This document shows positions 54,307 to 64,000 of a stretch of 64,000 nucleotides of DNA, piece after piece. Both the position numbers and the translations under genes were made by a program. Source of the DNA: Candidatus Aenigmatarchaeota archaeon (GTDB taxonomy: Archaea > Aenigmatarchaeota > Aenigmatarchaeia > JACPZZ01); contig JAZDLW010000021.1 in assembly GCA_043801595.1 (NCBI GenBank), positions 89,128-153,127 on the forward strand, in the 5' to 3' direction. The notes beneath the pieces were generated by a model that was not told the origin of the DNA, did not search any database, and saw only the letters and a list, made by a program, of their open reading frames with translations. How positions within the stretch are numbered: the stretch's first letter is position 1; every line of letters starts with the position of its first letter.

Positions 54307-56934
54307 ATGAATAACTCCACGAAACCGCGGACGTTTTTACTCGTTGTTCTGTTTGTGTTTATTTTAGCGTCTTCTTTTACCTTTGCGCAGAACCAAACCA
54401 CGACAACCTCAACAACGACAACCAGTACTACTACAGAGCCGACAACAACGACGACTACCACACCCACTACAACAACTACGACGCCGACGACAACGACAAC
54501 CAGCACGACTACAATTGCACCAACAACTACGACGACAACGACTACTACTACGACCACGTTAGACAAAACCTCTCCGATTATAGGAAAAGTATCGCCCGTG
54601 GCTGTGACCCATAAAAAACAGGCGACATTTATTACCATCGCATCCGATAATGTCGGGGTTTCTTCGTGCACTTTTGAAATCGAGACCAGAGCCACAGCTG
54701 TCAAACTCTCTTTCGCAGCCGCATACTCTAACGGTGCAGCCAGCTATGTGCATCCTGGCTTGCAGGCGGGTACATATTCCGCGTACTTCACTTGCAAAGA
54801 CACTGCCGGAAACAATGCATCTGGGGAGACAACCGCAATAACCAGTGAAAAATCACAGCTGAAAGCCGCGCTTACACTAGAAAAAGAAAACTTCTACCCA
54901 AAGGACAGCGTGGAATCCAGAATAAAAGTTACCGATGTGGACGGCAAGATAATCACCGATGCAACGATAGAGGCGTCCATGGCTGGGCCCACGAACAAAG
55001 GCCGCCAGTATTTCTATTATTCTACGCTCTGTGACTGCTACAAGGCTTGGACGTGGTTCAGCGAAAGCGACTCGTTGGGAGATTACGAACTGAAAATTAC
55101 CGTGAAACACAGCGATTATGACAATGCCACCCTGTCCAAGACTGTGAAACTGCTAAAGCCTGTTTTAAATCTTGTGATGAAAAGTGACAAGACCGAGTAC
55201 AACCCCAGCGATTCCATACAACTGGAGATTGCAGCTACTGACAAAGAAGGCAATTCTGTAACCGATGCCTATCTGACAGGTGATATAAGGGACGCATCCA
55301 CAGGGGCTTTGGTTTCCACGATCTACCCATGGAAAAAGGAGTCCAAATATGTCTATTCATACTGGGTGAGCGCTGACAGTCTTGGCAAGAGTTTAATCAT
55401 AACCGTTCAGGCCAGCTGGAAAGAGCAAAAATCCAATTCAACTTTAACGATTTCTATTACAAAAAGAGGCCTTAATGCGGACGTTGTTTTGGAAAAGGAT
55501 GTTTTGATACCGGGTGACAATCTGAACGGCAAGGTCAAGGTGTTTGACAAGGACGGCAACACAATATCTGATGCGATTGTGAGCGCCGAGCTGTACGATG
55601 AAAACGGGAATTACCAGAGATACATAAGCGCCAAGTATGAAGACGGTTTCTATTATCTGGATCCGTACAAAATCCAGGAATGGGCCCAAATGGGAGAATA
55701 CAAGCTCAAGATGAAGATATCGAAAGGCACCGAATCCATAACAGTGGAAAAGAAGATTACAATACAAAAGGAAAAGCTGAACGTAGAGATAAATTTCGAC
55801 GAGCCCAGTTACAGGCCGGGTGACAGGATGTACCTGCAGATCTTGGTTACGAAACCGGACGGTTCCGTTGTCCAAGACGCGTTTGTAAGCGGAAACATAT
55901 TTCCATTGAACCAAGAAACTAGAAAAATAGAAGGATACGAGGGTACACCTCAGGTCTGCAGATTATATGTGTCGCCAAAAGGGCCTATCTACTACAAAGG
56001 TGACTTTGTGCAGAAATATTATGTTGAAGACGTGTACATATCCGACTGGTGTCCGACAGGCAAATATGTTTTGGAATTAAGCGTTGGCAAAGGCGGCTAT
56101 GCTGATGCCAAGATAACAAAGGAGTTTGATGTCAACCTCGGAAGCATAAGCTTGGAATCCGGCTTCAAGATATCCACGCAAGGCGGCAAGTCCAACCTTG
56201 ACATTTATGCGGAAGCGAAAGACAGCAAAGGGAAGATTGTGCAAAACGCCGAGATAAAAGGCTTCCTGCACCCCCTGAATGGGACAGGCTGTTTGAAAGA
56301 GTTGCAATTCTGGTTTGACACATCGTTGAGCAGGCACAGGAGCAGTACGTTCTTATCCAAGTCCGAATGCCCGGAAGGGGATTACACGCTTGAGTTGAAG
56401 GCTTCTTCCAGATCGTTTGAAACTGCCAATATCACCAAAGTGGTCGAAATAAAATACGAAAAGGGTTATGAACACGATGTGTTTGTGCCTGCCGCTTCCG
56501 GGACTCCTGCAGGAGCGTGCAAGGAAGTTTCCTGCGGGCCTAACTGCGTCCAAACCGTTTGCGGAACTCCTACACCAACAATCAGCGAACCAAAAGTCGT
56601 TGATAAAGCGTGCCTGCAGAAATGCGAAAACACTGTTAATGACCTAGAGAAGGAAAGCCTCGGCCAGTCTTCGACATCATTAGAGAACTGCATCCAGTCA
56701 TGCTATGTGACAAAGCAAACTGAGGCAACAATAAAACCGTCTGACATCGAGGCAATGAAATCCAAGCTGGAACAAATTCAAATAGACGTGTCCGAGACAA
56801 AAGAGAAAGTCGGCGCCATAGAAAATTTGCTAAAAGCAATACTCGCTTTCGTAAGGTCGTTCTTAGGCAGCACTTTCCTTACGGCAGCGCCCAGCTCAGG
56901 CATAACAGTGAATACGACCGCTGCGATCGGGTAA
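54307..56934 (+). CDS. Secreted cell-surface protein: signal peptide, 80-aa poly-Thr/Pro linker, repeated Ig-like domains, Cys-rich region, coiled coil and a hydrophobic C-terminus
   Basis: TTTSTTTTSTTTEPTTTTTTTPTTTTTTPTTTTTS... near the N-terminus. Repeated KVxDxDGKxIxDAxI modules. Confidence 0.65.
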   Translation: MNNSTKPRTFLLVVLFVFILASSFTFAQNQTTTTSTTTTSTTTEPTTTTTTTPTTTTTTPTTTTTSTTTIAPTTTTTTTTTTTTLDKTSPIIGKVSPVAVTHKKQATFITIASDNVGVSSCTFEIETRATAVKLSFAAAYSNGAASYVHPGLQAGTYSAYFTCKDTAGNNASGETTAITSEKSQLKAALTLEKENFYPKDSVESRIKVTDVDGKIITDATIEASMAGPTNKGRQYFYYSTLCDCYKAWTWFSESDSLGDYELKITVKHSDYDNATLSKTVKLLKPVLNLVMKSDKTEYNPSDSIQLEIAATDKEGNSVTDAYLTGDIRDASTGALVSTIYPWKKESKYVYSYWVSADSLGKSLIITVQASWKEQKSNSTLTISITKRGLNADVVLEKDVLIPGDNLNGKVKVFDKDGNTISDAIVSAELYDENGNYQRYISAKYEDGFYYLDPYKIQEWAQMGEYKLKMKISKGTESITVEKKITIQKEKLNVEINFDEPSYRPGDRMYLQILVTKPDGSVVQDAFVSGNIFPLNQETRKIEGYEGTPQVCRLYVSPKGPIYYKGDFVQKYYVEDVYISDWCPTGKYVLELSVGKGGYADAKITKEFDVNLGSISLESGFKISTQGGKSNLDIYAEAKDSKGKIVQNAEIKGFLHPLNGTGCLKELQFWFDTSLSRHRSSTFLSKSECPEGDYTLELKASSRSFETANITKVVEIKYEKGYEHDVFVPAASGTPAGACKEVSCGPNCVQTVCGTPTPTISEPKVVDKACLQKCENTVNDLEKESLGQSSTSLENCIQSCYVTKQTEATIKPSDIEAMKSKLEQIQIDVSETKEKVGAIENLLKAILAFVRSFLGSTFLTAAPSSGITVNTTAAIG

Positions 56935-56947
56935 AAGGTCGGCAAAA

Positions 56948-58348
56948 TCAGAGTTTCTTCGTCATATACGCGCCTTCTAATTCGTATCCTAGTTTCCTGT
57001 AATACTCACGCGCACCGACGCCTGAAATCACTGCGATTTTTTTCATGCCGTGCTCTTTTGATATTTTCTCTGCCTCCTGTAAAAGTTTTTTTCCGTATCC
57101 GCGGTGCTGGAACTGGTCCGACGACGACACAGAACCGATGCCGGCTTCTTTTCCGAAAACGTGCATCTCCCTTACGAGCGACGTGTTTTGCGTTATTTCG
57201 GGCCGGAAAGGTTTTGACGGAATCCGCAATCTCAACAAACCGAGCAGGATATCGTTTTTATCCTCAAAACTGAGGAATATTTCGTTTCCTCCGGACGCGT
57301 CGTAATCCAACCTTTCCATTTTTACAGATGCTTCGTCCACCTTTTTTCCATTGAGCAGGTTATAACCGACTTCCCTGCACCTGATGCAAACGCATTTCGT
57401 TCCGTTTTTATTCATCGCTGCCTTTATCGCATCCCGAAGATGCGAATACTTTGTCCCGCCGACTACATATTCTGCAGGTATGTCGCGCATTATACGCGAA
57501 ATTCGCGCATAACGCGGGATGTTCAATTTTATTTTAGTGATCAGCCCGACCAGTTCGTCATTAGTGTAAGCGTAATGCTCGCCCTTATCATACCATTTCT
57601 TTAACTCCGTATTGTCGAGCACAAGACACGGATATATTTTAACACCATCCGGGCGGAACCTGCTGTCCGAAAAGAGTTTCTTGAACATCTCAAGATCTTT
57701 TTCAAGATCCGATCCGGGCAGGTTGCACATGTAATGATAATACACCTTGAAACCCGAATCTTTCAACAATTTTGTGGACCTGACAACGTCCTCAACAGTG
57801 TGGCCGCGCTTTGTCAACATATAGCTTTCGTCGTCCGGAAGCTGTACGCCGATCTCAACCCTGGTCGCTCCGAAATCGAGCATCTGGTTTATCTGGCGCT
57901 CGTAAGCCCAGTCGGGCCTTGTCTCAAGGCAGAGTGCGACACAGCGGTTAGCTGCGGTTTCATTGGCTTTTTTCGCATCCTCGAGCGTTTTCGAAACAAA
58001 ACCGTTAATGCCGTCGTAACAACCTTTGACAAAATCATATCTGTATTGCACGGGCGCTGCCATGAATGTACCGCCCATTATTATGAGTTCTATTTTATCC
58101 GCGATGTGTTTCATTGCAACAAGCGCCTTCAGGCGCGACCGAACCTGCACGTACGGATCGTAATTTAATTTTGCCGCACGCATCACAACCGGTGATTTAG
58201 GAAGATAACTCTTCGGCGTCGGTATTTCTTTGTCAACGCCGCCCGGGCAGTAAACGCAGCGGCCGGGACATTGCAGAGGCTTTGTCATCACTGCGACTAC
58301 CGTGACTCCGGATATTGTACGAACGCGTTTCTTTACAACCGACTCCAT
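56948..58348 (-). CDS. elp3: Elp3 homologue (radical-SAM plus GNAT; tRNA U34 modification)
   Basis: Radical-SAM CxxxCxxC (CPGRCVYCPGG). C-terminal GNAT region RGYGKKLLQEAEKISKEHGMKKIAVISGVGAREYYRKLGYELEGAYM. The start is set at MESVVKK (ATG at 58348). Confidence 0.85.
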   Translation of the reverse strand: MESVVKKRVRTISGVTVVAVMTKPLQCPGRCVYCPGGVDKEIPTPKSYLPKSPVVMRAAKLNYDPYVQVRSRLKALVAMKHIADKIELIIMGGTFMAAPVQYRYDFVKGCYDGINGFVSKTLEDAKKANETAANRCVALCLETRPDWAYERQINQMLDFGATRVEIGVQLPDDESYMLTKRGHTVEDVVRSTKLLKDSGFKVYYHYMCNLPGSDLEKDLEMFKKLFSDSRFRPDGVKIYPCLVLDNTELKKWYDKGEHYAYTNDELVGLITKIKLNIPRYARISRIMRDIPAEYVVGGTKYSHLRDAIKAAMNKNGTKCVCIRCREVGYNLLNGKKVDEASVKMERLDYDASGGNEIFLSFEDKNDILLGLLRLRIPSKPFRPEITQNTSLVREMHVFGKEAGIGSVSSSDQFQHRGYGKKLLQEAEKISKEHGMKKIAVISGVGAREYYRKLGYELEGAYMTKKL

Positions 58349-58381
58349 GGGATTAAATAAGCATCCAAAATAAGATAAAGT

Positions 58382-59050
58382 ATGCAGCCAACAGACGCGA
58401 ATGTCGAACATGTATATGATGAAATAGCCGAAGGCTATTACCACGCCCACCAAAACCCGCGAATCATAGACGTTGAAAAATACGCCAAATTGTGGGGACA
58501 CGGAAAGCTGCTTGACATAGGCTGCGGCGCAGGCGCAAACACGATCGCTTTCGCAAAGCAAGGTTTTGACTGTGTCGGGATTGACTTCAGCAGCAAACAG
58601 CTTTTCTGGGCTTCAAAGAACATGAAAAAAAACAATGTTAATTTTCCGATAATCAAAGCGAACTGTCTTAGCCTACCATTCCGCGATAACACATTCGATT
58701 TTGTAGTCTCCACCGCCGTGTTTCACCACTTCGATTCGGAGGAAAAGAGGACAAAAGCGCTGAAAGAGGCTTACCGTGTTTTAAGGCCGAACGGTGTTGC
58801 GCTGATAACCGCGTGGAATAAAAAACAGAGAAGGTTTATTCTGGGCCCTAGGGACATTTACGTGCCGTGGAAGATCGGGGATAAAATACATCAACGGTAC
58901 TATCACCTGTTCACATACGGTGAAATGAAGAAACTCGCTGAAAAGGCGGGGTTTAAATCAATAACGCTGTTCCCGGAATACCAGTTCAAACTTCCGATTT
59001 TCAAGACGTTTTCAAGAAACGTCTGCATGACCGCCATAAAAGAGATTTAA
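58382..59050 (+). CDS. Class I SAM-dependent methyltransferase (substrate unknown)
   Basis: LLDIGCGAGANT (motif I) and an acidic residue after beta2 (GIDFS). Confidence 0.75.
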   Translation: MQPTDANVEHVYDEIAEGYYHAHQNPRIIDVEKYAKLWGHGKLLDIGCGAGANTIAFAKQGFDCVGIDFSSKQLFWASKNMKKNNVNFPIIKANCLSLPFRDNTFDFVVSTAVFHHFDSEEKRTKALKEAYRVLRPNGVALITAWNKKQRRFILGPRDIYVPWKIGDKIHQRYYHLFTYGEMKKLAEKAGFKSITLFPEYQFKLPIFKTFSRNVCMTAIKEI

Positions 59051-59068
59051 ATAAACTTTCTTAGAACA

Positions 59069-59194
59069 ACGTAAAGCGAAGCTTTACGTGCAAAGGAAAC
59101 GCATCGTTTCCTTTGAGAAAGTTTAATCAAATAAGCTTTTAGTACAACGGAAAGCAAAGCTTTCCGTGCATAGGAAATTCGAAAATTTCCTATG
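59069..59194. repeat. Intergenic tandem-hairpin repeat, locus D (two complete units)
   Basis: ACGTAAAGC-gaa-GCTTTACGT; CAAAGGAAACG-cat-CGTTTCCTTTG; ACGGAAAGC-aaa-GCTTTCCGT; CATAGGAAATT-cgaaa-AATTTCCTATG, then gaaagcttaagcaaaacg directly abutting tRNA-Met. Confidence 0.7.
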
Positions 59195-59202
59195 AAAGCT
59201 TA

Positions 59203-59325
59203 AGCAAAACGTGCCTTGGTGGCTCATCGGTAGAGCGTCCGACTCATAAGTTCATTATGAGTGACGAGCCTTAACGGCTGTGAAGTGGTATCGGAAGGTA
59301 GCGAGTTCAATTCTCGCCCAAGGCA
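59203..59325 (+). tRNA. tRNA with a CAU anticodon (elongator Met or Ile2) and a roughly 41-nt canonical-position intron
   Basis: GCCUUGG-UG-GCUC..GAGC-G-UCCGA-CUCAUA|intron|A-UCGGA-AGGUA-GCGAG-UUCAAUU-CUCGC-CCAAGGC-A. It is not an initiator tRNA: it lacks the three G-C pairs in the anticodon stem. Confidence 0.75.
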
Positions 59326-59367
59326 ATAATAGTTAAGTTAAAAAACAGATTATCAGTAGGTGTTTTA

Positions 59368-60498
59368 TTGTTCGAGTGTCTTTTCAGGGATTTTCCGCCT
59401 TATCCGATAGAGATAGCCAGCGCGAAAGACGGCTGCCTTATTGACAAGAACGGCAAAAAATACCTGGACTTTATGATGGGCTGGTGTGTTGGAAATTCCG
59501 GCTGGAATAAAAAAGAAATTCTGCGGGCTACGAAGTCCTTTAAAGGTCCTGTTTATGTCAGTCCAACATACAAGTACCAACGATGGGAGGATCTCGCAAA
59601 AAGACTGGTGTCGCTTTTGCCCAAAAAACAAGGTACATGTTTCCGTGCAACAGGCGGGACTGAGGCTGTCGAGATAGCGTTAAAAATATCAAAGTCTTAT
59701 AACCGAAGAAAAAAATTCATGGCTTTTAACGACGCATATCACGGTCAATCGTTCGCGTGCATGGCACTGGTAGGCCTGCATGAAAATAAATTCGGGCCTT
59801 ATCCCGACTTCTATATCAGGTTAAACACAGCAGACTGGGAAAAAACAACCGACGTCGCTGTAAAAAGCATAAAGAAAGGCGACATTTGCGCGTTCATAGC
59901 AGAACCGATAATCTGCAATCTTGGTGTCATTGTTCCGCCGAAATCGTTTTTCCGGTCTGTAAGAGAGGCTTGCGATGAGACGGACACAGTGCTAATAATG
60001 GACGAAGTCGCTACAGGTTTCGGAAGGACGGGGAAATGGTTTGGTTTCGAGCATTACGACATCCAGCCGGATATAATAACAATGGCCAAGGGCCTTAGTT
60101 CCGGTTATGCGGCAATCGGCGCGACTGTTGCGGTTCCGAAAGTCGCAGAGTCAATGCGCTTCGGCTTCAGCAACTACTCGACATTCGGCTGGCATCCTCT
60201 CAGTGTCGAAGTGTCAATAGCAAATATAGATTATATGCAAAAGAACAGGCTTGTTGAAAAATCGGATAATAGCGGCCGATATTTGATGAAAAGATTATCT
60301 GAATTTTGTTCACCGGATGGTAAAGGTTTGTGCGTGGGTTTTGATACGGGAAACAATAAAATTAAAAGAGACTGCAGGAACGATGGATTGTTAATCGACG
60401 ATTTTGACAGCCGCGTTGTTTTGTTTCCCGCACTCGACGTAAGCAAAGAACAGATCGACCGCGCGGTTGGGATAATAAAAAAACATTACGGAAGTTAG
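59368..60498 (+). CDS. Class III pyridoxal-phosphate aminotransferase (ArgD/GabT-like)
   Basis: DEVATGFGRTG, TMAKGLSSG (PLP-Lys), and a Gly-rich loop. The apparent start is TTG; no in-frame ATG or GTG lies upstream. Confidence 0.7.
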   Translation: MFECLFRDFPPYPIEIASAKDGCLIDKNGKKYLDFMMGWCVGNSGWNKKEILRATKSFKGPVYVSPTYKYQRWEDLAKRLVSLLPKKQGTCFRATGGTEAVEIALKISKSYNRRKKFMAFNDAYHGQSFACMALVGLHENKFGPYPDFYIRLNTADWEKTTDVAVKSIKKGDICAFIAEPIICNLGVIVPPKSFFRSVREACDETDTVLIMDEVATGFGRTGKWFGFEHYDIQPDIITMAKGLSSGYAAIGATVAVPKVAESMRFGFSNYSTFGWHPLSVEVSIANIDYMQKNRLVEKSDNSGRYLMKRLSEFCSPDGKGLCVGFDTGNNKIKRDCRNDGLLIDDFDSRVVLFPALDVSKEQIDRAVGIIKKHYGS

Positions 60499-60950
60499 AT
60501 TTTTATTTTTCCAGAATTAAAAAGTTCGAAAGCCTTGACGGCTATATGTTTAACATCCGTGGATATGTGTTTCTGATCCAACTCTTCGGAAGATACCCAC
60601 ATAAAATCTTTTAGTTCTGATTTATTTACTTCCAACTGTTCCTGATTTATTGGCCTGCACAGATAAAATAAACAGCAGTGGTCGTGATCGCCAACGCTGT
60701 GCACATTGACATAAAACGGAACTGCCAGCTGTTTCTTGATATTGCCCTCGGAGGCAACTGCGACCTTGTTCAAGATCTCTATTTTCAAATTCAATTCCTC
60801 TGCAAATTCCCTTTCCAGCGCTTCGTCCGGCGTTTCGTTTTCATTGATGTGCCCTCCGGGCGGCAGCCACTTGTCCAATTTCCTGTGGTGAATAAGAAGT
60901 ATCTTGTTGTTGTGAATCAGAAACCCGCCAACTACCAATTCGGTCTTCAT
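60495..60950 (-). CDS. NUDIX hydrolase
   Basis: The Nudix box is GGHINENETPDEALEREFAEELNL. Confidence 0.9.
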   Translation of the reverse strand: MKTELVVGGFLIHNNKILLIHHRKLDKWLPPGGHINENETPDEALEREFAEELNLKIEILNKVAVASEGNIKKQLAVPFYVNVHSVGDHDHCCLFYLCRPINQEQLEVNKSELKDFMWVSSEELDQKHISTDVKHIAVKAFELFNSGKIKI

Positions 60951-61054
60951 AATAAACGAGACGGATTCTATGTTTATAAAAACCGTGTAAAAATAGAATA
61001 CATAAAGAAGGTGATCGAATATTTTAATAAGGGAGTTTTATTTAGCGGGGATGG

Positions 61055-61606
61055 ATGACGATGAAAACTATAATCTGCCTCGTAGGAATGCCGGGTGCTG
61101 GAAAGGGCGAAGTTGGAAAAATACTGCAGACCAAAGGCATATCGGTAACAACGATGAGTTCTGTTCCCAAAGCCGAGGTTCGAAAACGCGGGCTTGAGAT
61201 GAACAGCAAAAATCTTGATGCTGTCGCGTTTTCGCTTAGAAAAGAATTCGGCAAAGACATAGTAGCGAAACGTGTGGCAGGGATGCTGGCGGGCGTGAAA
61301 CCTGATGTCGTGTGCGTTGACGGCGTACGGAACATAGAAGAAATCGATGTTTTGAAAAAGGCGGGGAATGTGAAGATAGTAGCGATAAGCGCGCCCGTTG
61401 ATATGCGGTTCCGCAGGCAGATAGAAAGAAAAGACGACCGGGATCCGAAAAACATGGAAGAATTCGAGCTGAGAGATGTCAGGTCGCGTGAATTCGGCAT
61501 GGAAAAGGTGATAATTATCGCCGACTACAAAATAACCAATAACGGAACGATAAAAGACCTGAAAACAAAGGTCGAGAAGATCCTAACAGACATTGGTCAT
61601 GTTTGA
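61055..61606 (+). CDS. P-loop nucleotide kinase of the archaeal UPF0200 / dephospho-CoA-kinase-like family
   Basis: Walker A LVGMPGAGKG; overall collinear with UPF0200 proteins. Confidence 0.65.
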   Translation: MTMKTIICLVGMPGAGKGEVGKILQTKGISVTTMSSVPKAEVRKRGLEMNSKNLDAVAFSLRKEFGKDIVAKRVAGMLAGVKPDVVCVDGVRNIEEIDVLKKAGNVKIVAISAPVDMRFRRQIERKDDRDPKNMEEFELRDVRSREFGMEKVIIIADYKITNNGTIKDLKTKVEKILTDIGHV

Positions 61607-62089
61607 AGCCAAGCTGTTGCTTATTGCAAACTTGTTTCTGTAACGCAATGTGAACGCAGCCATGTCGCTGGGCCTCGAATCGGCCTCGTAATACAGCGTA
61701 TTGTCGGAAAACAGCAGCTTTGCAGTGTATATCCCGTCTTTGATCGCGTCTATTTTCGCATAAACCAGCTTGATGTTGAAAGCGCTAAAGGTCTCAAATA
61801 CAAGATCGTGCGTCAAAGGACGCGAAAACATGTCGTTTGCCAGAACCTCTCTGATAGAAAACGCCTGATCGCTCGTTATGCCCATGCGTATTCCCTGGCA
61901 ACCATTTGAAAGGTATAATACAGGACCTGGTTCGTATCTCAGGTTTATGTTGTCCATTTCGGTTGTATCCTGCGTAAAATCGAAAATGGTTTTTGCCGAG
62001 GCGTAACCCCTTACGAGCAGGACAGCTGCTATGACAACCAGCGCCACGAACAAAACAAACGCATTGCTGTTCCGTTTCTTGCCAAGCAT
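61583..62089 (-). CDS. Bifunctional nuclease (BFN/DUF151) family protein with an N-terminal TM anchor
   Basis: GIRMGITSDQAFSIRE...RPLTHDL...DSRPSDMAAFTLR matches DUF151. Confidence 0.65.
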   Translation of the reverse strand: MLGKKRNSNAFVLFVALVVIAAVLLVRGYASAKTIFDFTQDTTEMDNINLRYEPGPVLYLSNGCQGIRMGITSDQAFSIREVLANDMFSRPLTHDLVFETFSAFNIKLVYAKIDAIKDGIYTAKLLFSDNTLYYEADSRPSDMAAFTLRYRNKFAISNSLASNMTNVC

Positions 62090-62162
62090 AACAATAAATT
62101 AAGACTGCGAAGAGATATTTATGCTTAACAGGCTTTTTTACAAAAGCTTGGTCGAAAAAAAC

Positions 62163-62236
62163 GCCTCCGTAGCTCAATTCGGCAGAGCGAGTGCTTTGTA
62201 AGCACTAGGTTGCGGGTTCAAATCCCACCGGAGGCT
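62163..62236 (+). tRNA. tRNA-Thr (UGU)
   Basis: GCCUCCG-UA-GCUCAAUUCGGCAGAGCG-AGUGC-UUUGUAA-GCACU-AGGUU-GCGGG-UUCAAAU-CCCAC-CGGAGGC-U. Confidence 0.85.
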
Positions 62237-62283
62237 TCGGTTTATAACGTTTAAAAAAATAAATTATATCCGAGTGATAAGAA

Positions 62284-62580
62284 ATGGACGCTTTGTACTT
62301 TATACTAAGGCCGGAATTCCGAGAAATCGAAACCGCGTTTCTAAAAGACGACATTATATCGAGGCAGTCGCTCACATTCCGCACTGCAGCGAATTACGGC
62401 ATAAAGGACGACGGCATGCTGATACGCGTTTCCGGATCCGAGGACGGCCTAGAGAAAGCGAAGGAAACTGTCGGCAACAAGGGAAAACTGATTGAAGGCG
62501 CCGAAAAGGAAAGGATATTGAAGCAGATTTCCGAAGAGGAAGACGCGGTATCGCAGGGATTCGGCGCGATTTTTGAGTGA
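62284..62580 (+). CDS. Hypothetical protein (98 aa)
   Basis: Compact ORF whose stop overlaps the next ATG (ATGA). I recognise no family. Confidence 0.4.
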   Translation: MDALYFILRPEFREIETAFLKDDIISRQSLTFRTAANYGIKDDGMLIRVSGSEDGLEKAKETVGNKGKLIEGAEKERILKQISEEEDAVSQGFGAIFE

Positions 62581-63581
62581 TGTTGGTGAAACGGCTCGCA
62601 AAACTGTGGAAAATCATTGAAAAAAACAACGCGGACATAGACTCCATATTTCTTCCGAATTCTCCTGATGAGAACTTCGGTTATATGACCGGACTTGAAG
62701 GCGGGTTCGAGGGTTGCTTTGCAATACTGCGAAAGCGCAAAATTGATGTTTTTGTCAACGAACTGGAGTACGAAGGCGCGAAAAAATATGTTGCCAACCC
62801 GAAGATCGTGCATAAAAGATCTGAAAGGCTGGAAATAATCAAGAACGCGGCAACAGGTTCGAAAATCGGCGTTGTTGCCGATAAACTTTCTTACGCCTCT
62901 GCAAAGAGACTGGAATATCTTGGAATAAAACTCGTTGACGTTTCGAAATTCTTCGACGAATGCAGGATGATAAAGGACAACGACGAGATAAAAAAAATCG
63001 ACAGGGCTGTCGAAATTACGAAGAACGCGCTCGAAACAATAGAAACGCTTCCGAGCAATGAAAGTGAACTTGCGGCAAAGATAGAATACGAATTCCGGAA
63101 AAGCGGCTGCACGACCGCTTTTCCTACGATATGCGCCGCTGATAAAAATTCCGCTGTTCCGCACTATTCGACAGGCTTTGACAGGATAAACGGCATGGTG
63201 TTGGTGGATTTCGGCGCACGCTTCCAAGGCTATTGCGCCGACATAACGCGCTGCATATTCAAAAAAAGGACGGCATGGTTCGGTGAAACGGAAAAAAAGG
63301 TGTTAAAAGCGCACGATAAATGCGTTGACATTGCACGAAACAGCGGGACTGGTTTCGAAATGCAGAAATCCGCGCAAGCAATACTCGGAAAGAGATTCAT
63401 GCATTCCATAGGGCATTTTTTGGGGCGCGACGTGCATGAAAATTCTTTAAGCAATTTCAAAAAACCGTTCGAGCCGGGAATGGTTTTCACAATAGAACCG
63501 GGCCTTTATGACATAAGACACGGCGGCATAAGGATCGAAAACGATTTTCTAGTTACGAAAAACGGCGTGAAAGAATTTTAA
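62577..63581 (+). CDS. M24-family Xaa-Pro aminopeptidase/prolidase
   Basis: HSIGHFLGRDVHE, GMVFTIEPG, and GIRIENDFLVT (pita-bread fold metal ligands). Confidence 0.85.
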   Translation: MMLVKRLAKLWKIIEKNNADIDSIFLPNSPDENFGYMTGLEGGFEGCFAILRKRKIDVFVNELEYEGAKKYVANPKIVHKRSERLEIIKNAATGSKIGVVADKLSYASAKRLEYLGIKLVDVSKFFDECRMIKDNDEIKKIDRAVEITKNALETIETLPSNESELAAKIEYEFRKSGCTTAFPTICAADKNSAVPHYSTGFDRINGMVLVDFGARFQGYCADITRCIFKKRTAWFGETEKKVLKAHDKCVDIARNSGTGFEMQKSAQAILGKRFMHSIGHFLGRDVHENSLSNFKKPFEPGMVFTIEPGLYDIRHGGIRIENDFLVTKNGVKEF

Positions 63582-64000
63582 TCTTTCGGCAGTTTTTTCA
63601 GCCCGTGCCACCACGACGTAGAATCCATTGATTCAAGTTTTTCCGCAAGAATTTTCGCGCTTTTTGTTTTCAGTATCACTCTCGTGTTTTCCATCCAGTT
63701 GGACAATGACGAATGACCCAATTCGATATACTCCTTGGCTTGTGCAAAAACCTCCAGCAAATCGGCGTCCCTGGCTACGACAGCTTCTGTTGTTTTTCTC
63801 TGGTTATACTCCCTGATTATCTCCAGAAATTCGTTGTCAATGCTTAAGATGTCCTCAAACGCCTTTTCTTCGCCGCTTCCCTTTTCTATGTACCTGTCGT
63901 TTACGCGGTTCATGTCGCCGATCCTTGTTTCGGCGAGGTCGTGCATTATGCACATTTTCAGTACCTTGTTTTCATCAACATCCTCCATTTTTGCAAGGAA
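63578..64000 (-). CDS. HD-domain phosphohydrolase (YfbR-like); the N-terminus probably lies beyond the window edge
   Basis: HDLAETRIGD and DADLLE motifs. The first His of the HD motif is expected upstream of 64000. Confidence 0.7.
   Translation of the reverse strand, partial: FLAKMEDVDENKVLKMCIMHDLAETRIGDMNRVNDRYIEKGSGEEKAFEDILSIDNEFLEIIREYNQRKTTEAVVARDADLLEVFAQAKEYIELGHSSLSNWMENTRVILKTKSAKILAEKLESMDSTSWWHGLKKLPKD

Noticed and set aside
54282-54704. A 140-aa ORF made almost entirely of Val (VVVVVVVVVVVGAIVVV...), antisense to the surface-protein gene.
   Set aside because: It is the reverse-complement reading of the ACN Thr codons in the poly-Thr linker of the 54307 gene, not a real gene. 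The same applies to 48970..49263, opposite the subtilisin Thr stalk.
1-64000. CRISPR array or cas1/cas2 to partner the Cas4-like gene.
   Set aside because: No regularly spaced direct repeats of CRISPR type are visible. The only repeat families are the hairpin elements described above, which are palindromic and irregularly spaced.

Overview
This window is archaeal chromosome. It carries eukaryote-like translation genes (aIF6, eL31, eL39, eS19, eS8, eL37, an Sm protein, Elp3, RNase P Rpp21, aRF1) and nine tRNA genes, five of which are interrupted by introns or insertions. Most content is housekeeping: SerRS, TyrRS, MetRS, a ValRS-type enzyme and a conserved ribosomal-protein cluster. A second block concerns the cell surface and glycosylation. 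It holds an S-layer-like glycoprotein, a roughly 1,400-aa subtilisin, several secreted proteins with poly-Thr stalks and TM anchors, a Dol-P-Man-synthase-like GT2, a processive GT2, an ArnT/PMT-like GT-C transferase and a cis-prenyltransferase. From about 3.0 to 9.9 kb there is a visibly AT-rich accessory island. It contains a Cas4-like nuclease, a 1,079-aa Type IIG restriction-modification fusion, three paralogous Zn-finger/PD-(D/E)XK-like genes (one truncated, one with a frameshifted tail), and a Panacea (DUF4065)-like protein paired with an uncharacterised 241-aa protein. That last pair is the best candidate for a new toxin-antitoxin or defence module. The aRF1 orthologue has intact stop-codon decoding motifs (NIKS, YxCxxxF) but the universal catalytic GGQ reads GGW. 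Two families of intergenic hairpin repeats are present; the first shows compensatory base changes, the second is an ACGCATACC palindrome. The ORF track misses an eL39 gene that starts with GTG. A Dol-P-Man synthase sits beside the GT-C transferase near Thr-stalk proteins, which may point to O-mannosylation. Every family and motif call here comes from reading the sequence by eye; no database search was run.
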